IMG/VR virus record: IMGVR_UViG_3300042987_003191
Source of the DNA: an uncultured virus (IMG/VR IMGVR_UViG_3300042987_003191)
Lineage: Duplodnaviria; Heunggongvirae; Uroviricota; Caudoviricetes
Reading direction: 5' to 3' (one strand)
DNA length: 64,000 bases
Shown here: positions 27,546 through 36,000 of the stretch, piece after piece
How the letters are laid out: each line of letters starts with the position of its first letter
How positions within the stretch are numbered: the stretch's first letter is position 1
The notes under the pieces: generated by a model
The model's database searches: none
Told to the model about the DNA's origin: nothing
The model's input: only the letters and a program-made list of their open reading frames with translations
Program-made: the position numbers and the translations under genes

Positions 27546-27953
27546 TTAAATGGTTACTGTGGTCAACGGTCCATTAATGGTAAAATTAAACGATACTGTG
27601 GTAAGTTCGTCTGTGGACGAGGTGACACTTGCGCTATTAATGAATGCATTAGCAATAAAAAGCTGATCGCTCCCCACTTCAAAAGTGAGAGCCACTTCAT
27701 CAGTGTCCGTGATGGCACCAGTTTTTGTAATTCTTTCTAAAAGATTTGTCACGTCCGTCGTGTCGCCATTGTAATAGGACAAAGTGGCGCTCCCCGTAGC
27801 ACTAAACAGCCCAGGAGTGAAGGTGTTGGCAGTGTCCCCTAGCGCTGTGGTATCCAGCATGTTCACGGACGTATCTAGCGTCCAGTTGCGCACCTTCGAT
27901 ACCTCGCTTCCCCCAAGACGCAACTTGCCGGTGCGACCAGTGTAAAAAGGCAT
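27546..27953 (-). CDS. tail-tube-like minor tail protein
   Basis: GKLRLGG..V..VRNWTLD....LDTTALGD....PGL.SATGS...V.FNF..NG pattern. Confidence 0.65.
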   Translation of the reverse strand: MPFYTGRTGKLRLGGSEVSKVRNWTLDTSVNMLDTTALGDTANTFTPGLFSATGSATLSYYNGDTTDVTNLLERITKTGAITDTDEVALTFEVGSDQLFIANAFINSASVTSSTDELTTVSFNFTINGPLTTVTI

Positions 27954-27998
27954 TGCTTTAAAAGCTTTTCTTTATGCTAACAAGATTTGGCAATAGCT

Positions 27999-30900
27999 CT
28001 AGTCAATGGCAAAAGCATCATCAAAGTTAGCAATTTTGGAAAGTGTAGAGCCCCCACTCTCATCACATGGATGCTCAATGGCGCTGATTGTAATTTCGCC
28101 TTCTTCTTCCATGGACACTCCTGTCACGCGAAAGACGCGCTTTGTTGTCAGTTGAGTGCCAAGCACAAAAAGCCATCCCTCATAACTGGTTAGCGACGAA
28201 GACTGGTTATCACTAATAGAAACAGAGGAAAGCTTGGTTGGGCTGTCTTGGCCGTTGTAAAGCAATACTGTATAGGAGCCATTTACGGCATCTTCAGCTA
28301 GTGGAATATTGAGACGACCATCTTCTTCTACTATTCCACTTCTAATGTCGTCCCATTGATTTTGATCAAGCTGCACATAAATATATGAACCAGGCGAAAC
28401 AGGGCTTTCAGTGGGGAAAGTCTTGAATTCAATGGCTCGACGAGAAAAGCGTCTTTGCTGGCAAAGTAATTTGCCATATTTAATAGCCTGTTCTCTGCTG
28501 CTTACAAAAGCAGACAAATTAAACGTCTGTCGAATACTGTTTGCTTCAGCAAAATCCGGGTCACTCTTGTGAATTTGCACGCTAGTGTTCTGGGGAAACA
28601 CATTATCATTGGCCGTGTCTCTGTAAACAATTGTGGCAATCAAGTCCTGCGTATTATCTCCATAGTCAAGAAACTCTTCCTTGTAACTGTCCTCTAGTAT
28701 GTTGCCCTGATTAAACAAAGCCTCAATGCGCACCTGTCTAGAAATTTGGTAAAGACTGTCATAAGGCACAGCGGGAACTAGTGTTTCTCTTCCTCCAATG
28801 CGCGCAAATTCAAGCAGGCTAAAGGGAGCTGCTTCTGCCCAGAATTCTCGCCAAGCCCCTGGATCGGCAATCACTCCGTCCATGAAGAGTTCATTTTTTT
28901 TGCAAAAAGCCTGAGAAATGCTGAGCTGTTTTGTGTCAATTCCATTAATATTGGCATAAGCTTTGATGCCATTCTCTTCGTCTAGCACTGTATCAAGAAA
29001 AATCTCAGGAGCATAACTTGTTGAGCTAGAAGGGGAGTCTTCGTAACTACCATTGAAGTCTAAAAACTTCCTTACTTTCTTGCCTCTGTTCACCCATGTG
29101 CTAAGTGTACGCAAATCCCTCACTCCTTGCCCGCTGTAAATATTAAGACCAAGCATTGACATCCCATCGTAAATATCACTTGTCAAGGGCTGCTTCTGCT
29201 GCTCCGTAACGGCTACCAATGTAATTTCCGGGCCGCTCTCAAAAGAGAACGAAATCTGAGTGTCGCTACGAAGTGAAAAGAGTCCCCATTCGTCGACAAA
29301 TTTAGGAGTGCGGTTCAATGGCGGTCGACGACGAATTGTGCTTATAGGATTCCTTCCGCGATAAACAACCGAAAATCCATTCCCGAAAGACAACTGCTGT
29401 CCGCCAATGCTTCCCCCATAACCAGCGGTTCGCAAATAAATCATCTGCATATCGTTGCCAGAGTTGTGCGTGCGCAGCTCAGCAGCAAGATCGACAATTG
29501 GATCAAGCTTGAATTGCCATTTCTCCTTAGAAGGCGCAACAAATCTTAAATTAACATAGGAGTCAAGCTCTTTCCCATTTCTCACCCCAAACACGTATGG
29601 TACAAGCTTGTATTCCGTTTCCGTTGGTTTTTTGTACCAGAGCCAAAACATTGAGGTGCGATTGCGGACGCCATTGTCGCTATCTTTGTGTCCCTGTTGA
29701 TCCACTTCCGCATATTTATTCATGCGTCCCTGAATCCGCTGGAATATTTTAGCTTTAAAAGAAAAATTAACTACTTCGCACTTTGTGACGGCTTCGTATC
29801 TGATCTCATCCACTTTGGCGATACATTTCGTGTTGAAATAGTCATTCCAGGAATCTTCGTCTTTAAGCAGCCTGATTGTATTATTTAAATTACTATTTGC
29901 AGAATTGTATTGGCTTGTCCATGTAGCTTGCGCTGCCTGCTCTGCCGCGTAGTCTCGTTCAACAGTGGCCGCAATTTTTTCTCTCTGATTTTCAAGGCGA
30001 CGCTTCCTTTGTTTTAATGCACGCCGCTCTTCTTTTAAGTTGGTATTTTTATTATTGTCGTACAAACCCTGCTCGATTGCACGAGTAGAAAGTCTTGCAA
30101 ATTGGTCTCTGAGTTCAATTCTCTTTTCTTTTTTGTTTGCAATTTTTGTATTTTTTTCAGCTCTTGCGCTATCGAGTCGTCTCTTCTGTGAGTTGGTTCT
30201 TTGATTGGCTGGAGTATCTCTTATCTGGTCTATTTCGTTTTGTAACGCCTCAATCTCATCGTTTAATCTTTTAATCTGTTCCTCTAAAGTTTCAATGTCG
30301 CGCCTAATTCCTCCAAATGTACCTTCGTCTCTGACAACATTTAATAGCTCGGTGCCACTCAAGTCACCTTTGAGGATAGCAGTGGCATTTTCAATGTTAT
30401 TATCAATCTCTTCTAATTCGCGCTCAAACGCATCAATCCGATCGGCTCCAGGCCCTTTAAACCTTTCAGCAAAAGCAGCACCTTTTTCTGCGTTTAACGT
30501 TTCAATTGCCGATTCAAATTCACGCTTCTGCCTGCGCAAGTCTTCTTCATTTTGCTGGTAACGTTGAGTAGCATAATCCTCCTCGCACAACACGCCGCTT
30601 TCAAAACATTGAAAAATAAACGTGCCTTCAATATCACTGCCATTTTTTACATCATCGGAAATTAATTTAAACTTTGCCGCGCCTATTTTATAAGTACTAG
30701 CTGAATCAAAGGTTCCAATGTACGCACTGCGCAAGTCAATAGCAGCTCTCTCTACTCCATCGGTGGGTTTTTTATCATCCTCTTCAAAGATAATAGTGAG
30801 TTGATTACCAGCAGGGAAAGAGGGGCGCACTCCCGTGGTGGGCCATGTAGAAGGCCAGTATTCTCCTCGTCCCGATGAAACATTGATACCAAGAGAATCC

Positions 30901-31688
30901 TGCTTTAACTTGCCTTCATCATCTCTGTCTTCCACTTGCACTCGCAAGGGAACCACATCATACAGCCCTAATGATGAGCTAGTGGTAGGGGAAAATGCCT
31001 GACTATAACCTTGCGTTCTGTTGTAGGCATTATCAATTACACTGCAAATTAAATCACTGCTTGATGTATAAAGAGGATCAAGAGTAGAGTCGCCAGGAAG
31101 CTTTTTGTCGCCAAAGAAAAGCCTTCCTTCTCCTTCGTTGGCGTAAAGAAAGTAGCGCTGAGAAGCCAAGTCCCTTAATGGCGTCTGGCCAAACGCTGTG
31201 CGGCCATAGGCAAAGCTTTGAATAGGGCCAGCGCCCACCACTGCAAGCATTTGCATGTATTGACTGGTGCCAAAGCTATGAACGGCAGACCAAACAAGAG
31301 ACGTGTTGACGCGCAAGCCTCCTGCCAGTTTGTTCTCGTCAATGTTGGTATAGATGAGATTGACTGGCTCTCCATAGCGAGCCACTTCTTGGAAGGAATT
31401 AAAGCCGTAACGTGGGGCAAAGAATTGATTTCGGGACTGTCGCCCCATTGTTTGGTCAGGAGCTTGAGGCTTTGGTGCAAGCAAGGCGGCGCCCACTTGC
31501 GCCAAGGTGCCCACAATGGTGAGAATGAGGGCAATAGTTCCCGCTTCTAGGCCATTGCGTACATCAAGGATGGTGCCTTCTTTGTTATCGCGATAATTTA
31601 ATCGCGCCAAATAAAATTGCCAATATTCTTCTTCTGAAATTTGAAGAGCATCAATTAGAGCGCGTTCGTAGGGAAGGAGGCGTCTCAT
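27999..31688 (-). CDS. tail tip / central tail (J-like) protein
   Basis: 1229 aa following the M/L/K-like genes; YGEPV.L.Y, LFNQGNI..DSY.EEF, A..YGK motifs. Confidence 0.75.
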   Translation of the reverse strand: MRRLLPYERALIDALQISEEEYWQFYLARLNYRDNKEGTILDVRNGLEAGTIALILTIVGTLAQVGAALLAPKPQAPDQTMGRQSRNQFFAPRYGFNSFQEVARYGEPVNLIYTNIDENKLAGGLRVNTSLVWSAVHSFGTSQYMQMLAVVGAGPIQSFAYGRTAFGQTPLRDLASQRYFLYANEGEGRLFFGDKKLPGDSTLDPLYTSSSDLICSVIDNAYNRTQGYSQAFSPTTSSSLGLYDVVPLRVQVEDRDDEGKLKQDSLGINVSSGRGEYWPSTWPTTGVRPSFPAGNQLTIIFEEDDKKPTDGVERAAIDLRSAYIGTFDSASTYKIGAAKFKLISDDVKNGSDIEGTFIFQCFESGVLCEEDYATQRYQQNEEDLRRQKREFESAIETLNAEKGAAFAERFKGPGADRIDAFERELEEIDNNIENATAILKGDLSGTELLNVVRDEGTFGGIRRDIETLEEQIKRLNDEIEALQNEIDQIRDTPANQRTNSQKRRLDSARAEKNTKIANKKEKRIELRDQFARLSTRAIEQGLYDNNKNTNLKEERRALKQRKRRLENQREKIAATVERDYAAEQAAQATWTSQYNSANSNLNNTIRLLKDEDSWNDYFNTKCIAKVDEIRYEAVTKCEVVNFSFKAKIFQRIQGRMNKYAEVDQQGHKDSDNGVRNRTSMFWLWYKKPTETEYKLVPYVFGVRNGKELDSYVNLRFVAPSKEKWQFKLDPIVDLAAELRTHNSGNDMQMIYLRTAGYGGSIGGQQLSFGNGFSVVYRGRNPISTIRRRPPLNRTPKFVDEWGLFSLRSDTQISFSFESGPEITLVAVTEQQKQPLTSDIYDGMSMLGLNIYSGQGVRDLRTLSTWVNRGKKVRKFLDFNGSYEDSPSSSTSYAPEIFLDTVLDEENGIKAYANINGIDTKQLSISQAFCKKNELFMDGVIADPGAWREFWAEAAPFSLLEFARIGGRETLVPAVPYDSLYQISRQVRIEALFNQGNILEDSYKEEFLDYGDNTQDLIATIVYRDTANDNVFPQNTSVQIHKSDPDFAEANSIRQTFNLSAFVSSREQAIKYGKLLCQQRRFSRRAIEFKTFPTESPVSPGSYIYVQLDQNQWDDIRSGIVEEDGRLNIPLAEDAVNGSYTVLLYNGQDSPTKLSSVSISDNQSSSLTSYEGWLFVLGTQLTTKRVFRVTGVSMEEEGEITISAIEHPCDESGGSTLSKIANFDDAFAID

Positions 31689-32080
31689 TCTTTGATATCA
31701 GGCAGCATTTTAAACAGCTTTAAGGATGGAAAAGACGGCGACCAGTATGATCGCCCTCCCCGCGAAACTGTAAGTATTCCACCATCATAGGCCACGCCAA
31801 CTGCTATCTCCCCACCTGGCCTTGGAAGAATAACTGCTACGTTGCCATTGTCTTTTTTTATTGTTCTTTTGCCATTCTCAAACAACCATCTCACAATGCG
31901 CTTCATTGGCAAATTTCCTGAATCGTATTCATCATATGCCCATCTAAATTCATCCTCGTAATCGTGAAGACCAAGACGCCGCCTTACTTCACAGACAAGC
32001 ATGAAGCAATCGGTTTTGCCATTGCTCTCACGAAAACGAGCTCTACGTTCGTAAGAAAGTCCAATTAAGTCATTAATCAT
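31685..32080 (-). CDS. NlpC/P60-like tail assembly protein (K-like)
   Basis: DLIGLSY.........DCF.LV.EV...LG; position in the tail module. Confidence 0.7.
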   Translation of the reverse strand: MINDLIGLSYERRARFRESNGKTDCFMLVCEVRRRLGLHDYEDEFRWAYDEYDSGNLPMKRIVRWLFENGKRTIKKDNGNVAVILPRPGGEIAVGVAYDGGILTVSRGGRSYWSPSFPSLKLFKMLPDIKE

Positions 32081-32616
32081 CGCAAACTTACTTCTGCATT
32101 TAATGGCAAAATGCCAACATTTTTAGAAGTGAATGTACGACGAGGAAAACTTGCCCCTACGCTATCCATGGCAGAACGGAAGCGAAGTTCAACCGTTGTG
32201 TCATCAAACGAAGCTCCTACGCCCACGTAAAATTCTTCATATTGTGCCGTAGCGGAAGCAAGACTGTACGATGCGTAGTCTGTGATATCGCCAGTACTTG
32301 CCATCCATACTGTTTTTAAAGAAAGCTCGCTAAGTCTATTTCCGTCTCCTTCTTCTGCCATTGCAATGGTAAATTCACTATGGGGAAACAATAGACGCAG
32401 AATACTATTGTCTCCATTCAATGCAGCCAAAGCTCCTTCTGCTCGAAATGGAGCAAAGCGATAGCCAGGAGAAGCAGTTCCAGGTACTGCCACTTCTGCA
32501 AAATCCTTACCAAAGAAATAATTTTGATAACGATGCTCACGTCCCGCCGGGGCTGTTTCCGTTGGCCGCGTTTTAATGTAAGCAAAATTAGCAATATGAA
32601 CAGTAGTGGTTGCCAT
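32077..32616 (-). CDS. minor tail protein (L-like)
   Basis: Position; Y.F.PF...G and L...S..D.VG..FP.R motifs. Confidence 0.6.
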   Translation of the reverse strand: MATTTVHIANFAYIKTRPTETAPAGREHRYQNYFFGKDFAEVAVPGTASPGYRFAPFRAEGALAALNGDNSILRLLFPHSEFTIAMAEEGDGNRLSELSLKTVWMASTGDITDYASYSLASATAQYEEFYVGVGASFDDTTVELRFRSAMDSVGASFPRRTFTSKNVGILPLNAEVSLR

Positions 32617-32618
32617 GA

Positions 32619-33014
32619 TTAAACACCAGAATAATCAAGTTCACCAATAAGTCTCACTGTAACAGTGCTTCGCCCATTAAATACAGTTTCCACTTGAGGC
32701 GGTTCAGCATATTCCCAAAGAATATTAGTGGGAGCCTGTACAATACCTTTGAGCGTTGTGCTCATACCAGAAAATACGTCGTCCGGCAATGTAAATCGCG
32801 CATAGCTTCCATATTGCCCGTAATAATGATCGAGAATAGCTTTTGTATTTACATCATTAATGTTTTCAAATTGAAGATCTATGGAATGGCCAAATGAGCG
32901 ATTACCAAACACACGCTTGACAGTTGTTCCTGAAAGCCCGCGATAGGTTTTAGTGGGAAACTGCCCTGGTGTGTAAGCTCGTCCTGTTGGTCTGATAGAA
33001 GGAAATACTGCCAT
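32619..33014 (-). CDS. distal tail protein (M-like)
   Basis: Directly after the tape measure gene; L.F.N, HY..Q.G....F.LP, W.Y..PP. Confidence 0.65.
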   Translation of the reverse strand: MAVFPSIRPTGRAYTPGQFPTKTYRGLSGTTVKRVFGNRSFGHSIDLQFENINDVNTKAILDHYYGQYGSYARFTLPDDVFSGMSTTLKGIVQAPTNILWEYAEPPQVETVFNGRSTVTVRLIGELDYSGV

Positions 33015-36000
33015 TAGCGGATACCAATACTAGAGCGAGTGGAAGGGCTTTGCTTAATCTTATCTAGAGTCATTGACATGCCTCGTTGAGCACCGCCAGC
33101 AATGGAAGCACGACGAGTTTCTGCCATTGCTTGCTCTAATTGTTCCCTGCTAACGTATTCTACGCCATTAATCTTAGTCGTTTCAAACTTCATGCTCAGA
33201 GAAGGCGCCTGAGGCATGCCGGGGGCGCCATTGCCCATGAGGTCACGAGCAGAACGTCCACCGAGCTGCACGGGAATAGAACGACCGTCTGGGAGGGGGA
33301 CAATGGCTTCGTTGTACTTGCCTTCGCCTACAAGGCCAAGGGTTGGGCCGCTAACGGTTCCTCCATTTGCAAAAGCACGGAAGCCGCCAAAAGCGACGCC
33401 GCCATTGGCAAACTGCATTCCGGCAGGCATCTGAGCAATCGGAATATCAGTACCTTGCACGATGCTGCTAGCACCGCCTCCTCCGCCGAATAGACCCCCA
33501 AAGCTGCCCAGCAAGCTGCCAGCCATGGAAGCAATCATGCCAATGCCGCCAAGCACATTAGACGTGCCTCCTTCCTTGATTTGATTAATACCAGCGACAA
33601 TGCCCATGACAGCGCCAGCGGCCATGCCGAGCCCGCCAACTGCTTGTCCAAGACTTTCGTGCCACTTCTTGCCAGCAGCTCCTTCTTTCCCTAACTCTGT
33701 ACCAGCCGTACCAAGAGCATTTGCACTTTCAAACACTGAATTGTCCACCTTGCTTAGTTGCTCGGAATAAGCATTAGCACTTTCAGAAATTGAAGCAGAT
33801 AGTCCTTCGCCGTTGATCCCAATGGCAGATAAGAATCCTGTGTCTCCAGAGGTAAACGGAAGATTTTGAAGCATGCCTCCTGTTTGCCCATTGAAAGGAA
33901 GCGTTTGAAGAGCAGCAGTGCCAGTTAAGAATCCGCCAGAAGTGCCGGCTGCTGTTGTTTGACCAGGAGCAGGAGCAGCGCCTCCGGTTCCAGTTAACGC
34001 AGCAGTGTTAGCTTTAACGGCTTCTGTATTAAGCCTAGTTTCTTCGGTGTTTTTATCTTGAGCTTCAACAGGAGTAGTTGAAGGTTTTGTTCCTTCAGGC
34101 ATATTCTCAGCCGCGCCTTTCGGGAAGAAGTTTTCAATGGCAAACTGAGAAAGTCCTTCCTTGAAGAATTTCTCCACAGGCGCCATGGCAAAGTCAAGGA
34201 AGATTGTCAGCACCCTATCCTTGAGGCCCTCTTGGAATTTCTTAAGCGATTCCACTGCATCTTCGCCACTAATAACCTCCTTGAGGAAACCTTTGTAGTC
34301 GGAAGACGTATCAGTGACAAAGCTATCAATAGTCTCTCGAACAGCTTTAATATTGTCGCGAACTTTTTCAAGATCGTAAATGCGATTAAGTTCTTCATTT
34401 GATGCCCCTTTAAATTCTTGCGCAATTTTCAGCCTTTTCTGCTCTTCTTCTGTTATGCCTCGCAGCAATTCAATCTCATTGCGGAGATTAGAAAGAGTGT
34501 CTTTTACTCGTTTTTGCAGTTCTTGACGCTCTCGGATGGCATCATTTTGCTCTTTCTGTTTGGTAGTCAGCTCATCGACTGCCCTTGCTTCGCTTAGTAC
34601 AAGTTTAATTAATGGAGCAAGCGCCTCTTTCTGCTTATCATTGAGACCAAGAAGTGCTTGTTTGATTTCCGACTCGCGCTGCTCCACCCTGGTCATTTCT
34701 TCCTTGCCAGAAGCAAGAGAAGCAATACTCGCTTGCAGTTGGATTTGTGCTTTTCTGTCTTCGCCAAGCATTTCGCGAAGCGGTTTTGTAACGATTGCTT
34801 GATACCTTGCATCTATTTGATCTTGCTCAAGCTTGAAAAGTCTTTTCTGCTCGGCAAGATATTCCGCCAAGTTTGCAATATCCTTCGTATTCTGCTCTTT
34901 AATTTTCTCGTTATATTCTTCCTTAGCAATTGCATGTTCATATTGCCAAGAAATGGCAGCCTTTTGCAGCTCTTTTTGCCTGTCTGATATATTGGTATCC
35001 ATGTCAATATAGACAAGATAATTATCCAGTTCTTGCTTGTAAATTTTCGCCAATTCGCTAACAAGCTTTTTCTTCTTTTCGTTCTTTTCTTTACCTGCTT
35101 CTATTTCAACATCTCCCAATTCTGCTGTTTGTACTGTCACCGGCTCAGCTTGCTTCCTTGCGGCTGCCAACTGGCCTTCCAAGGCTTGGATGGCAGCGGG
35201 AACCATGGTAGGAGTGATAGTTCCTCGTCCATAAGCGCCAGTTTTTTGGTCTACAAGAGGACCAGTAAATGCTTGCCCTGGCGTCCCCCCTGCAGCCGCC
35301 ATCGCTGTCACTTCAGCAGCACTGGCTTCCACTGGTAAATCACCAAATTTCTTAGCTTGACCGTAAAATCTTTGTAGCAATGCAATTTGGCCTTCAATGG
35401 ACCGAGCCTTGACAGTCGCTTCTGTTTGGGACATCGAAGCAATTGATTGAGCCGCACCCTTAGCTCCGCGCTGAATGTCTAGCATTTTTTCGTAAACCGC
35501 GTTTAAGGCGTTTACAACACTAAAAATAGATGTGATTACTACAGATGCGCCAAGGCTTATCAAACCAAATTTTGCAAGAGCACTTGTCTTGATAAGCTCT
35601 TGCATTTGATAGACAGCAGCCTTTGTATTAAACGCAAAATTAATTAAAGCCGCAATTGCCTGTCCAAATCCAAGCTTGGCGAGTAATTGCAATCCTGATG
35701 TCAATAAAGCTGCCTGCACAACAACATTCGCAATGAATCCGCCAAGCGGAGTATTTACAAATTTTGAAACTTGATTTAATACTTGTAGTATTGATTGTCC
35801 TAAAATCGCGAAGGTTGGAGCGAGATTTTTGACTGTTATAGCTAATGCGCTAAAAATTTCTTTCAACTGCAGCAAGATGTCGTAAACATTGCGGGCGCCT
35901 CCCGTCAACATATTGGCGGCCCCTTCATTGCCTTCCATGGCAGAGCTGAAAGCTTTAATTGCAGCAGTTGCCTGTTTGAGTGTCTCCGTTAAAACTGGGA

